A DNA stretch of 58,386 bases, filler included, from Malassezia furfur (Eukaryota): NCBI GenBank assembly GCA_052055015.1. It is 4 parts of 4 records of this genome, joined end to end, with 100 filler letters (N's around TTAATTAATTAA, not from the genome) between each part and the next. Parts side by side here need not be neighbours in the genome. Positions count along the whole stretch, not along the records: positions 1 to 14,586 come from JBQJIT010000284.1; 3 more parts are not named here. One strand, given 5' to 3'. Of this stretch, positions 1 through 11,427 are shown in pieces; positions within the stretch are counted from its first letter, which is position 1; each line of letters starts with the position of its first letter. Under the pieces are notes generated by a model. That model was not told the origin of the DNA. It made no database searches and saw only the letters and a list, made by a program, of their open reading frames with translations. The translations under genes were made by a program, and so were the position numbers.

Positions 1-1705
1 CGGCCTCGGCGCCGGCGGCGGCGCTCAGCGCCCGCGCCGCGCGCTCGATCCAGTCGGCCGCGTAGTGCTCGAGCGTACACGTGCGGTCGGGCTCGGTCTT
101 GGCGAGCTGGCCAATCTCGCTGAGCGCATGTGCAAGCAGCTCGTAGATGTGCATGAAGCGATCGAGGTCAGCGTACAGCACCACGTCTTCGGGCGCGACG
201 TGCTGCGCCGCAGCGACTTCGAGTGTGGCGTACGCACGCTCGCCATCGATGCGCGCTTGCAAGAAAGGCACGAGCGCCTCAACACCGCCCGAGGTCGGCA
301 GCGTGTGGGAAGCTAGCACCTCGTCAAACACGGTGTCAAACTGCGCCTTGGGCCGCTGCGTGCGTGCGAGCGTGTGGAGGTACAGCGCCCACAGCCGGCC
401 GGACACGGGCAGGACGCGCGACGCGTTGCGGCAGACGTCAAGCTGCGCCGCGGCGTCGACGTGTGCGGGGCTTATGAGCTGCGAATAGTCGAGCCACAGC
501 GACTCGGGCGCCGCGCACAGCGCACGCGCCGCGACACGTGCTGCCTGCTTTTCGCGCTCGAGCATTTTCTGGCTCTTGCGCCCCGACTTGGCCATCCATG
601 CCTTCTCCTCGGCACGCGTTGGCGGGCGCAGCGCGTGCGCCTGCTCCTGTGCGTCTTTTCCAAGCGGGTACCACCCAAACCGATGAAGCGCGCGGCGGTA
701 CAGCGCGGCGCCGAGCTCTTCCTCGGTCGCGAGGTGCGACTTGTCCTTCGCGGTGCGCAGCGTCTTGATCCGGTGCGACTCCCAGTGCAGGTAGGGCGTC
801 CACTGCTCCAGCGCGGCGTGGGGAACATGTGCGCCCGCCTCGTACCGCTCGCGCTCGCGCCACATACGCAGCGCATCGGCATACACCTTGTTGGCCGATG
901 CGAGTAGCTCCTCGTAGGCGTCTGCGGGGAAGTAGGTCGATACCCAGCTCGAGAAGCGCTGGAATGTGTCGTCCAACTGGGCGTGCGGCACACGCAGACG
1001 CGCGACGTACACTTGGCGGACCAGCTCGCGGCGCTCGTCGCTGCGGTCTGCATCAAGCAAAGTCTGCTCCCAGTCGCGGTACACGCCCCAGACTGCCGCC
1101 GACTCGTGGACGTGGTACGCACACCGTGCATACAAGGTGCGCAGCGCCGTGCGCACCGCGTCCTCGCTGAGCAGCTCGTTGCGCTCGTCGGTGTCGACAG
1201 GCAGCAGCGGCGCCAGAGCGTCCGCATCGGTGTAAGCGCCGTTCGCGTGCAGCGCGGGTGCGTCATCCACGCCCGTCCATGTCTGGAGCAACGTGCGCAC
1301 GTCGCATGTCTCGCCGTCCACCGTTGTCACCGCAGTTGCGGGCAGGTCGTCCCACGCCGGCGGAGCGACGTGGTGGTGCGCCGCGTACAGGCCCAGCCAC
1401 AGGCTCGCAGCGCGCACAAACAGGCTCATATCCAGTGAGTCATGCGTGCTCTGGTCGTGCAGGTCGAGAAGCTCGCGCAATGCGTCCGTGCCGCCCGCCT
1501 CCTCCTGAAGGACCCGGCGCGTCGCCAGACTCAGGTACAGGTGCCAGTCGGTAGGCCGCATCGCAATGTGCTCCGCCGTCTCTTCATATGCGCGCAGCAG
1601 CTCCGACACGAGCGATGCGCGGTCCTCGGTCGCAAGCAGCTTGCGCTGCAACGATTGGGTCCAGCTCTGGTAGCTCCATGGGTCGAGCGTTGGGGCCTGC
1701 GCCAT
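1..1705 (-). CDS. PRP24: HAT-repeat U4/U6 snRNP recycling factor (Prp24/SART3-like), 3' end runs out of the window
   Basis: One frame open from ATG 1705 to position 1 (missing from ORF track because no stop). MAQAPTLDPWSYQSW..., HAT-like segments AAVWGVYRDWEQ, YVARLRVPHAQLDDTFQRFSSWVS, PESLWLDY, PVSGRLWALYL. Confidence 0.7.
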   Translation of the reverse strand, partial: MAQAPTLDPWSYQSWTQSLQRKLLATEDRASLVSELLRAYEETAEHIAMRPTDWHLYLSLATRRVLQEEAGGTDALRELLDLHDQSTHDSLDMSLFVRAASLWLGLYAAHHHVAPPAWDDLPATAVTTVDGETCDVRTLLQTWTGVDDAPALHANGAYTDADALAPLLPVDTDERNELLSEDAVRTALRTLYARCAYHVHESAAVWGVYRDWEQTLLDADRSDERRELVRQVYVARLRVPHAQLDDTFQRFSSWVSTYFPADAYEELLASANKVYADALRMWRERERYEAGAHVPHAALEQWTPYLHWESHRIKTLRTAKDKSHLATEEELGAALYRRALHRFGWYPLGKDAQEQAHALRPPTRAEEKAWMAKSGRKSQKMLEREKQAARVAARALCAAPESLWLDYSQLISPAHVDAAAQLDVCRNASRVLPVSGRLWALYLHTLARTQRPKAQFDTVFDEVLASHTLPTSGGVEALVPFLQARIDGERAYATLEVAAAQHVAPEDVVLYADLDRFMHIYELLAHALSEIGQLAKTEPDRTCTLEHYAADWIERAARALSAAAGAEA

Positions 1706-1723
1706 CACGGCGATGGTCGCTGA

Positions 1724-3331
1724 CTAAGCCCTATGGACGCGCGCGACGCTCTGCATGGCCAGGCGCCGCGCTTGGGCCAGCGAGATGTGGTCCTGGCGGT
1801 ACGCGAGCAGCTGCCCGTTGTCGCCCGTGACACGCACTTCGCTGGCAGTCGGGGTATCCTCCACGGCATCCGATGCCGCGAATGCATCGTCATCGTCGTC
1901 CATGTCCTGCATGTCGCTCTGGCGGTAGCCGCCGGTGTGCAGTTGCTGCAGATTGCCGGGGCGCTCCGTCTGGAAACGCATCCCAGGCTGCGCCTGGAAC
2001 GGCGTAAAGTCGGAGACCACGCGTGCAGCCGCCGGGGTGGGCTTCGGCACGGTCTCACTGCGCGCATCGACGCGGTACGGCAGCGAACCACTGTAGTTGG
2101 CGCGCCGCGCGTCAAGAAATTTTTGACTAAGCCGCGAGCCGACCACCTTGCGGATGTACGGACGCGCGGTCGGCACATCGGGCGCCTGGCTCCAGATGCG
2201 GACGTTGTGTGCGGATTCTGTGTGAGTTGCGCCGACGCACCTTCACTCTCGCGGTAAATGCTCTCAACAATGAGCTGCTTGGTGCTTTCGTTCCGCAGCA
2301 GCAGCTTTTCGTGCAGTTCGTGCGTGACTTGGTCCATGAGCGCGGTGGACGGATCGTCGACCATGCTCAAGCTCAGCGACCGCATGCGGTCCAGCACTGC
2401 ATCGCCGACCTCGCGGTGCAGCCGGTCCAAGTCCATTACCTCGCCCGCTGCGGCAATCACCACATGGCTGAGCAGCGAGGCCGTGGTGAGTGGAACGAGC
2501 AGGCCGCCGGTAATGGTCACCAGCCCCTGGTAGAAGTCGACCGCATGCTGGTAGCCCGACAGTGCCGGTTCGCACGCAACGACAAAGAGCGGAATCCCGC
2601 GCGCCGACATCGAGCGGGCCAGTACAATGGGGTCCTCGTTGTCCGGCGAGCCAGACGGAAACCCATCGCCGTACTCGCCGATCCCGTGTGGGGGAGCGTC
2701 AGTAACAAGGATGGCCATTTTTGCTGCATCCGGCCGCCAGTCCTGCATAAGTGTATGCGCACGCACCAGATCGCACGCCGCCTTGAGTGCGGCGGTCGCT
2801 GCTTCCGGCCCGTCGCCGCCGCCGGCCGCAAAGAGCGAGTTGAGGTTCTCTTTCATTTCGTATACGCTGGTGGTGAAACCGACTGTGTGAGTGGTGCGCC
2901 GTACAGTTTTTCACAATGTACACATGGTCCTGCGGCGGGTGGTCGCGGTACGCAATGAGCCCGACGCGCAATGCGCCCTCGTGGGCGAGCAGTTCCGACT
3001 GCACGATCTGATCGCAGATCGTCTCGATGTTGTGCGTCGCGGACTGGGTAAGTATGTAGGCAGCGCACATTGATACTGCGTGAGAATGTGCACGTACTAT
3101 GACCCCATGGATCCGGTTGCGTCGATAATCTGGTGAGCGCTGCACGTACAAAGACCAAGTCGAGCATCCGGCTGGGCGTCGGCTCCACAAAGGCGTTGCC
3201 GCTCGCTCCCTGCCCGCCCTGCATCCAGTCAGGCACAACCGATGGGTCGGCAGCGGCACCAAACATGCTGACGGTGAGCGGCGCACGTACCTGTATGCAC
3301 CCCCGCGAGGGGCTCCAGCGCGGTCCGCCAT
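1724..3331 (-). CDS. von Willebrand factor A domain protein (similar to the vWA module of alpha-kinase VwkA-type proteins), 7 mini-introns
   Basis: Removing introns 3268-3290, 3130-3149, 3076-3097, 3044-3068, 2883-2904, 2743-2766, 2218-2240 gives LDLVFIIDATGSMGSYI (MIDAS), YRDHPPQD, GGGDGPEA, ILVTDAPPHG. Confidence 0.85.
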
Positions 3332-3400
3332 GGTCTGGGAAGCGGTAGCTCGGAATTAGTCATCCCCGGATCGCGTCCCCAGACGTGTGGAGGATCCACG

Positions 3401-5814
3401 ATGGCGACGGGAGGAGCGGACAAGAAATCCGCGCCGGCGCTGCCGGCGTCGAATGAGTAGGTCGGCGCACTGACGCAGCATCCACGCGACGTGGGAATTT
3501 CTCGAGGGCGGCATCGAGGTGATGGTACGCACGCCCGCCGGCTCACACAGATGGCCCGCCTCACCGAGGGCATGTCGTATGAACGCTACATGCAGCTCTA
3601 CACCGCCGCCTACAACTACTGTATCAGCAGTGGCATGGGTGGCGCGAGCGGCATCGCAGCCGGCGCTCACCTTGTTGGTGGCGAGCTGTACTCGCGCATC
3701 GCACACTACTTCCAGCAGCACCTTCGTGCCACATTGACGCAGCTCGAGTCGCTCTCGGGCGAGGCGCTGCTGCGCTACTATGCCGCCGAGTGGGAGCGGT
3801 ACACGAACGGCGCCAACTTTGTGCACCGCCTTCTCATCTATCTCAACCGCCATTGGGTGAAGCACGAGCGCGAAGAGGGCCGCACGGATGTGTATACCAT
3901 TTATACGGTATGTGGCTCTGCTGACCCAGCTTGCGTTGATCCAGTGGAAGCGATTCGTGTTTGCGCCGCTGCAGACACACCGAAAGCTCACAAATGCGGT
4001 GCTGGACCAAATCCGCATCCAGCGCGATGGTGGCGTGATCCAGTCGAGCCTGCTCAAGACGGTGCTCGACAGTTTCGTGTCTCTGGGCATCGATGACACA
4101 GACGCCACGCGGCTCAACCTGGATGTGTACCGCACCGAGTTCCAACAGGCGTTCCTGGAGACGACTATGGAATACTACAAGGCCGAAAGCGCCGCGTTTG
4201 TCGCACAGAACTCGGTCAACGACTACATGCGCAAGGCCGAGGCGCGGCTCATGGAGGAAGACGACCGCGTCGAGCTCTATTTGCAGCCGTCGACACGCGT
4301 GCCGCTCGGCGAGGTGTGCCGCGAGCAGCTGGTGACGAGCCACAGCGCGCTGCTCTGGGGCCAGTTCAAGACGCTGCTCGAGAACGAAATGAGTGCGGAT
4401 TTGAGCCGGATGTATGCACTGCTGGTGCAGATCCCCCATGGCCTCGACCCGCTGCGCGAGCAGTTTGAGGCGCACGTCAAGGCCGAGGGTCTCGACTCGG
4501 TGGCACGCACCGTCGAGGAGTCGCCGGAGCAGGTGGACCCTGCGCGCTACGTCCAGTCGCTGCTGCGTGTGTATGACCACAACATGCAGACGATCGAGAC
4601 GTCGTTCCAGTCGGAGGCCGGCATGATTGCGGCGCTCGACAAGGCGTGTCGCGTGTTTATCAACCAGAACCAGGCGACCGGCAAGTCGGCGAGCAAGAGC
4701 CCCGAGCTGCTCGCCAAGTACGTCGACGGCCTGCTCAAGAAGAGCAACAAGGGCGCCGAGGAGGCTTCGCTCGAGACGTCGCTGGACCAGGCCATGGTGG
4801 TGTTCAAGTACATCGAGGACCGCGACCTCTTCCAAAAGTTCTACTCCAAGTTCCTTGCGCGCCGCCTGGTGACGTTCGCCTCGGCGTCGTCCGACGCAGA
4901 AGAGAGCATGATCTCTAAGCTGAAGGAGGTGTGCGGCTTCGAGTACACGCACAAGCTCCAGCGCATGTTTACCGAAGTCGGTCTGTGCCGCGAGCTCAAC
5001 GAGCGCTTCCGCGAGGCGGAGGCGAACCGCGGGTCGGGCGACGACATCGACTTTTACTCGCTGGTGCTTGCCAACGGCATCTGGCCGCTGCAGGCGCCGT
5101 CGACCGACTTTAGTGTCCCCACCGAGCTCCAAGGGCTCTACGAGCGGTTCAAGGAGTTTTACGGCGCGCAGCACTCGCGCCGCGTCCTGACGTGGCTGTG
5201 GCACCTGTCGTCGAACGACGTGCATGCAAACTACCTGCCGCGCAAGCACATCTTCCAGACGTCTACATACCAATGCGCAGTCCTCTTGCTCTTCAACACA
5301 CACAGCGTCCTGACGTTTGACGAGATCGCAGCGGCGACGCGGCTCGAGGCCGCTACGCTCAAGGCGGCGCTGCTGCCGCTCGTCAAGAGCAAGGTGCTCC
5401 ACGAGCTCGACGACTCCTACTCACTCAACCTGGGTGCGTACATGAAACTGACCCAGACTTCAAATCGAAAAAGGTGCGCGTCAACCTGCAAATTCCGGTG
5501 CGTGCCGAGCAAAAGGCCGAGTCCACCGAGGTAATGAAGACGGTGGAGGAGGATCGCAAGATGCTGCTGCAGGCGACCATTGTGCGGTATGTGTGCATCC
5601 TGACCCAGTATCATGAAGGCGCGCAAGACGCTCAAGCACAACCTGCTCCTCCCCGAGGTCATCACGCAGGTCCAGTCGCGCTTCCAGCCCAAGGTGCCGG
5701 ACATCAAGAAAGCGATCGACGCCCTGATCGAGCGCGAGTTCCTCCAGCGCGTCGAGGGGGAGAAGGATGTGTACGTGTGTTCATGCTCACGCCAGATATG
5801 CGTATGTCGCCTAA
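3401..5814 (+). CDS. CUL1: Cullin-1 (Cdc53), SCF scaffold, 6 mini-introns
   Basis: Introns 3457-3478, 3525-3550, 3908-3929, 5434-5456, 5587-5608, 5771-5795 restore [43 protein letters not shown] and the neddylation motif QATIVRIMKARK. Confidence 0.95.
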
Positions 5815-5815
5815 A

Positions 5816-6892
5816 CTACGGCTCGCAGTACGCGGCTATCGCGCGCTGTGCCGCAAGTGGGCCGTGCTGCAGTAGATACGTAGCACTGTGTGAGCCAGGA
5901 AGGTGCACGACGCGATGCCGTATCACGGATTGCACGAGCAGACCCAGCAGCATGACCAGCATGCCGGCGCTAGGGTGCATTGGGAGCACCGTGCCCAGCG
6001 CAACACCGGCGCTCATCCCGCCGATCCACGTACGAATCAGCCACTCGGTGTTCCACTCGCCTAACACATCAGCAATGGCGACCAGGACCGGCTGGTGCGC
6101 CGCATCGTTGGCGGGCGGGATCCAGCGGGCAAGCTCAATGCCAAACGTTTGCTGCTTTCGGCGGTCCAGCGGGAGTCGTGAGTCCCAGACTAGGAGGAAA
6201 CCGAGAAGCAACATGGTGCTCACGCTCGAAAACAGCAGCGCGACGGACGGGAGGTCCCAGGTATAGAGTTGCGTATACGGGGTGCGCTCGCGGCGTGACC
6301 ACACACGGTGAATAAAAAATCCCATGACCACGACGGCAGCGTGGTATAGGACCGACTCCACGGCGGTTGCGATGGTCACACGCACGATGCTCTGCAACGA
6401 CTGGGGCAGATGTGGTAGGTGCGCCATGACGCGGGACCATGGACGCGGCACCGTGCCTGCCAGCCGAGGAGCATTGTCGCCAGCGACCACGTACGGATGC
6501 ACGCCTGCGTTAGCTGATCACCTACACAGACTAAACCAACGGAGGTCTGTGTGAGTACACAACGTACAGCTCTCCACAAGGACGTAGGCGAGAAAATGCC
6601 GAGCATGTGTCCAGTACCGCAACGATAACGGCTCTGGATTGGGTATAGGGGTGGAATGATTGCGGTTGTACAGCAAATGACGGTAGACGCGTGGTTTGGC
6701 CAACATCTGGGTGAGTGGGCGACGTACGAGGTCAATGAACAGGATGGTCGGGCCGAACTCCAGATACGGATCTGCGATGCGTCCACACCCGCCTTCTTCC
6801 TTCGATGCACACCGCGTCAAGGCGATGTGCCCCGAGCCAAACGTCGTGAGCAACGCCGGCAGGGGACGTGCGCAGTGCACACACACCGGCAT
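5816..6892 (-). CDS. ARV1: Arv1 sterol/sphingolipid homeostasis membrane protein, three 21-nt introns
   Basis: N-terminal CxxC...Cxxxxxx[24 protein letters not shown] after removing 6707-6727; further introns 6547-6567 and 6505-6525; hydrophobic C-terminal half. Confidence 0.88.
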
Positions 6893-7120
6893 TACGGCCA
6901 GGACGACCCTCCACTCGAGTGTATCGGACGCCCGATCGACTGGGGAAGCTCTGCACGCGGTGCGCCAATTTTCCGGGTGCGCACGATTATGCGAGTACGT
7001 TGGTGCCAAACTATGGAGTGGAAAACAGTTATGCACGAGCCGCAACGCCCTCGTGGCCGATCGCTCAGCAGTCCGCAGCGTGCAACACTGCGTCATGCAC
7101 GGCAAACCGCGTCGTGTGCC

Positions 7121-7746
7121 TTACTCGGCCTTGGCCTGGATCGCCGACACGGGCGTTTCGGCTTCCTTCACCGCCGCCTTCTCGCTCTGCGGGCCGCTGT
7201 TCTCGGTCAGGCTGCTGAAAAGACCCGGCGCAGGCTTGAAGGGGCGCTTAAGCTCGCCCGTCGCCGGCACACCCCAGATCCAGATCTTGGCCATGTTCGA
7301 CTCGAGCGCGTTCTTGAACGGAATAAGGCTCTGAATAACAAGACTGCGTCAGCACAACAGCACATACGGGTTGGTGTAGCCAAAGTAGAAGTGCATGAGC
7401 GCAACGATGCCCATGCCCATCAGAATGCCACGCACGCTCTTGCTGACCTCGGCGAGGTCATAGTCACGGTTCGTCGTGGTGACGAGCTCACCGGGCTCCT
7501 GAGACTGAAATGAGAAAGTGCACGTACCATCGGGTTCTTTGCGTTCACGTACTTGAGCACGGTCAAGTCGTTCTTCTTCTTGATCTGGATGCTGCAGAAG
7601 TAGTACACAGCAAGACACGCGAGCTGCGCGACCAGGTAGCCAATACGGGCGTACGTCACGTAGTCCGGGTTTTCCTCGAACGGGATGCGCTTGGCCAGCT
7701 GCATCACGCCGAACATCACGGCCATGTTCGTCACTGCGGCGTTCAT
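7121..7746 (-). CDS. PHO88: Pho88/Snd3 SRP-independent targeting protein
   Basis: MNAAVTN...IKKKNDLTVLKYV...TTTNRDYD...MHFYFGYTNPLVIQS...PATGELKRPFK; introns 7505-7527 and 7344-7367. Confidence 0.92.
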
Positions 7747-7876
7747 TCTCGCGGATAAGACGTGGGTGTCTGTGGAAAAGGCGACAAGGACGGCGTGACT
7801 GCCACGTGGCACCGCCGGTGCAGCGGGCGCCCGGGCTGCTTCTCCACACGACGGAGTCGACTGCTCGTCCTCCGGC

Positions 7877-9166
7877 ATGTCGTTGCAGGTGCACCAGCTC
7901 TCGTACAGCCCCCTGACGGCGCACGCATTCAATGCCGACCGCAGCAGGGTCGCCGTGTCGCCGAACACCAATGAGATTAACATCTATGCGCGCTCGGGTG
8001 ACGGATGGGTGCTCGAGCACACCCTCGCCGAGCACGACAAGCTTGTCACCGGGATCGATTGGGCGCCGAACACGAACCGTATCGTGAGTTGCTCGCAGGA
8101 CCGCAACGCATATGTGTGGTCGTTGAGCGATGATCAGCGTACGTGGAAGCCGACGCTCGTACTCCTCCGCCTGAACCGCAGTGCGACGGCCGTGCGCTGG
8201 AGCCCGAACGAGGACAAGTTTGCGGTCGCGAGTAGCGCGCGCACCATCTCGGTGTGCTCGTTCGAGGAGGATAACGACTGGTGGGTCGCCAAGCACATCA
8301 AGCGTCCGCTCCGCTCGACGGTCAACTCGATTGACTGGCACCCCAACAACGTGCTGCTCGCCGCAGGCTGTGCCGACTTCCATGCTCGTGTGTTTAGCGC
8401 GTACATCAAGGGCGTGGACAGCAAGCCGCCGCCGAGCGTGTGGGGCGAGCGTCTGCCCTTTGGCACGGTGTGTGGTGAGTTCTCCGCGCCGTCCAACGGC
8501 TGGGTCCACGGTGTGGCCTTCAGCCCGAGCGGCGATGTCCTTGCGTTCGTGGGCCACGATGCATCGTTGACGATCGTGTACCCCTCGGCGCCGGACGCGC
8601 CGCCGCACGCCGTGCACACGATCTGCCTGCCTAGTCTGCCCTACGTTACACTGATGTTCCTGACCGAGAACTCGCTCGTCGCTGCCGGACACGACTGCCA
8701 GCCGATTGTGTTCGAGGGCGACTGGCAGAACGGATGGAAGCTGACGCGCTCGCTCGACACGGCCGGTGCTGCCGCGAGCAAGCCCAAGCCGCCTCCGCCG
8801 CCGCCCAAGGCCGCGGGGCTGTCGGGTGGCAGCTCGGGTGGAGTGGGCCGCCTGAACAACGAGGCGTTTGCGCGTTTCCGCGCGGCTGACTCGCGTGGCA
8901 CGTCGTCGACGCCCACGCCTGGCGGTAGCGAGGCGTCGCCCGCATCGCTGGGTGCAGTCGCAGGTGCGAGCATTGCCGACGACGGTGAGCTGCACACCAC
9001 GTGCCAAAACACCATCACCTGTGTGCGCGCCTACTCGGGTGCGCCTGGCAACGTGCAGGCGGTCAGCACCAGCGGCATGGACGGCCGTCTGTGCGTGTTT
9101 GATGCGACGAAGGGCACCACCGCCGTGGCACCGATTCTGCGGGGCGTTTCGAGTCTACAGAAGTAG
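7877..9166 (+). CDS. ARC40: Arp2/3 complex subunit ARPC1 (Arc40/Sop2), WD40
   Basis: EHDKLVTGIDWAPNTNRIVSCSQDRNAYVW, WKPTLVLLRLNR, FEEDNDWWVAKHIK, DWHPNNVLLAAG. Confidence 0.95.
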   Translation: MSLQVHQLSYSPLTAHAFNADRSRVAVSPNTNEINIYARSGDGWVLEHTLAEHDKLVTGIDWAPNTNRIVSCSQDRNAYVWSLSDDQRTWKPTLVLLRLNRSATAVRWSPNEDKFAVASSARTISVCSFEEDNDWWVAKHIKRPLRSTVNSIDWHPNNVLLAAGCADFHARVFSAYIKGVDSKPPPSVWGERLPFGTVCGEFSAPSNGWVHGVAFSPSGDVLAFVGHDASLTIVYPSAPDAPPHAVHTICLPSLPYVTLMFLTENSLVAAGHDCQPIVFEGDWQNGWKLTRSLDTAGAAASKPKPPPPPPKAAGLSGGSSGGVGRLNNEAFARFRAADSRGTSSTPTPGGSEASPASLGAVAGASIADDGELHTTCQNTITCVRAYSGAPGNVQAVSTSGMDGRLCVFDATKGTTAVAPILRGVSSLQK

Positions 9167-9185
9167 TGTATAGCAAGCAATGGCA

Positions 9186-11297
9186 CTAGCTGCCCAACTT
9201 GCGGCTCTTGACCGTGTTGATCGAGATACCGCTCTTCTCGCCCTGATAGCCGCCCTGGAGCGCGCTCTGACCGCCCTTGTACACGGCACGCGTGCTCGAC
9301 AGGCGCTTGTTGGCCCGGTCGAACTTCATGCGGCGCTTCACACGGGGGTTGCGGATGCTCTTGGGCCGATGCGGCGTCAGACCCTTGTTCTTCTCGATCG
9401 TGCGGTCGATGAGGCGATGCTCGCCATCGCCCACTGTCTCGTCGTCATACACACGGGACGCAAGGCGCTCCTGATCGTACTCTTCCTTCTTCTGCGCTTT
9501 CTTTGCACGTTTGTTGGAGCTGATCAGGTCGTAGTAGGCCGCGTCGTCTTCGTCGCCACCGGTGGCCTCGTCCGCATCCGGCTTCGCGCCGCCACCCATG
9601 ACAGCGTTCCGGTCGCGCCAGTCGCTCTCGCCCCACTCGGTATCGTTCAAGTCCGTGTCCAGGTGCTGGGGCTGCATCTTAGCCAGCTTGTTCGTCTTGG
9701 CCGCAGCGACCGCCTCGCGGCTGCGCCGCCGGTCGCGGTAGGGGATATCTGCATCGCCCTCGAGCTTGTTTTGCTTCTGCTTGGATGCCACGTCGGCCGC
9801 CGCATCCGCGTGGAACTGGGTGAGCCGCTTGCGCTGCGACTTTTCTTGGGCGTCGACCGAGCGCATCTGTGTCGGCTCGCCGTAGGCATCGGCGCTCTCG
9901 AGGGGCATCGACGCCGTGCGCTTTGGCGCACGCGGCACATCGGCACCAACGTCGGCAACCGTTGCAAGCGGCGCCGGCGCCGGCGGCTCTGCACGCGACT
10001 CGGCACGGCGCTTAGCTTTCGTCTTCTTGCGCTTCGGCACCGAGGCCTCGCTCGCTGCCGGTGCAGACGACACATTCTGGTTCTCCTTCTCGTCCTCAAT
10101 CAAGTCATCCACCTCGCCGGGCTCCAGCTCGCCAAGTTCCTCGTACGCCATGTCCTCGTCGGTCGGCGGGCCCATAATACCGGCCATCTCGCGCTCGTCG
10201 CTGCTGCTCGGTGCGTCCTCGGGGTCAAACAGACCGAGCGCCTTCATCTCCACCAGCGCTTTTTTGAACTGGCTCAGGCGCTCCATCACAGGGTGCTCGA
10301 GCAGCCGTTGGGGCTCGGCGGCCCACGCGGGCGTCGATGCAAGCTGGAAGAAGAAGGCGAGCTGCATGGCATAGGCGGAGAGCGTCTGGTAGTACAGGTG
10401 TGCAATCTCGGCAATCGACCGTTCGCCGTGTTTGGTGACTTCGTCCATGTAAGCCTCCGCCTCGGGAAGCTGCTGGAGGACGTCGCCAAATTCATCGACA
10501 AGAGCTAGCACAATCGGCGCGTGCGTGCGCAGACGTGCAAGCAGCTCTTCTGGCGTCGCAGATGGTGCAGCACTGGTACCTTCAGTGTCGCCATCAAGCT
10601 CGCGCTTGCGCCGCGCACGCGCAGCGGCACTCTGCTCGTCGGCATTGATGAGCGCTTCCGTTGCATCGATGCTCTCGAGACCAAAGTCATCGTCGCCCAT
10701 GCCCGCACGACTCAGGCGCTGGAGACGGATAGCCTCGTTGGTCTCGAGTTCGTGCGCTTTTTCCTCATCAATGTCCGAGTCGGACTCAAGGTCCTTTTCT
10801 GTGTTGCCGCTGTAGTAGGCACGCTTGTTGGCGCCCCATCCATGCGGCTCTTCGTCTGAGCCCTCTTCCGAAACCTCTTCATCCGAATCATGGGCATCGT
10901 CACGCGGCGCGCGCCGTCGCACCTGCTGCATGATCTCTTCGGGGATATGCATGGAACGGTAGCGTTCGTCATCGTCCTCGAAACGCGTCTCGTCGTCGTC
11001 CTCGTCTTCCTCACCTGCTCCCTCTTCTCCCTCCTCGTCCTCATCTTCGTCCTCTTCTGAATCACTGTCGTCGTCACGCTGGGATTGGGCGAGAGAAAGC
11101 ACTTCACGGTCGTTCGCGCCAAAGTCTTCCTCGTCTTCGTCCGGCTCGTACTGCGCATCGTCCAGCAGAATTTTGTCTCGCGCAGCATCGAAGCGTTCGA
11201 CGTCATCCATCGGGATTTCATCGCGCGTTTCCATACGCTTGCCGCCGCCGCGTTTACTCGGCACGCGGCCGCGCGCACGCATGCTGCCCTTGGCCAT
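9186..11297 (-). CDS. SAS10: Sas10/Utp3 SSU processome component
   Basis: Acidic N-terminus, WGANKRAYY, HPVMERL, C-terminal IEKNKGLTPHRPKSIRNPRVKRRMKF...YQGEKSGI. Confidence 0.93.
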   Translation of the reverse strand: MAKGSMRARGRVPSKRGGGKRMETRDEIPMDDVERFDAARDKILLDDAQYEPDEDEEDFGANDREVLSLAQSQRDDDSDSEEDEDEDEEGEEGAGEEDEDDDETRFEDDDERYRSMHIPEEIMQQVRRRAPRDDAHDSDEEVSEEGSDEEPHGWGANKRAYYSGNTEKDLESDSDIDEEKAHELETNEAIRLQRLSRAGMGDDDFGLESIDATEALINADEQSAAARARRKRELDGDTEGTSAAPSATPEELLARLRTHAPIVLALVDEFGDVLQQLPEAEAYMDEVTKHGERSIAEIAHLYYQTLSAYAMQLAFFFQLASTPAWAAEPQRLLEHPVMERLSQFKKALVEMKALGLFDPEDAPSSSDEREMAGIMGPPTDEDMAYEELGELEPGEVDDLIEDEKENQNVSSAPAASEASVPKRKKTKAKRRAESRAEPPAPAPLATVADVGADVPRAPKRTASMPLESADAYGEPTQMRSVDAQEKSQRKRLTQFHADAAADVASKQKQNKLEGDADIPYRDRRRSREAVAAAKTNKLAKMQPQHLDTDLNDTEWGESDWRDRNAVMGGGAKPDADEATGGDEDDAAYYDLISSNKRAKKAQKKEEYDQERLASRVYDDETVGDGEHRLIDRTIEKNKGLTPHRPKSIRNPRVKRRMKFDRANKRLSSTRAVYKGGQSALQGGYQGEKSGISINTVKSRKLGS

Positions 11298-11427
11298 TGT
11301 CGTGCAGGAGCGAAAGCGCCTGGCCTACGCCCACGTGATAGTCCAAAAAAAATTTGGGCCTTACTAACCAGGAGGCGGCGCTTTGTCCAGATTTTGACCA
11401 GGGACATCAATCTGTTGCCGGAAGAGG
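11298..11427. promoter_or_regulatory. 130-bp bidirectional promoter of two ribosome-biogenesis genes (SAS10/FCF2)
   Basis: Head-to-head ATGs; CACGTG at 11332-11337 and RRPE-like AAAAAAAATTT at 11345-11355. Confidence 0.6.
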
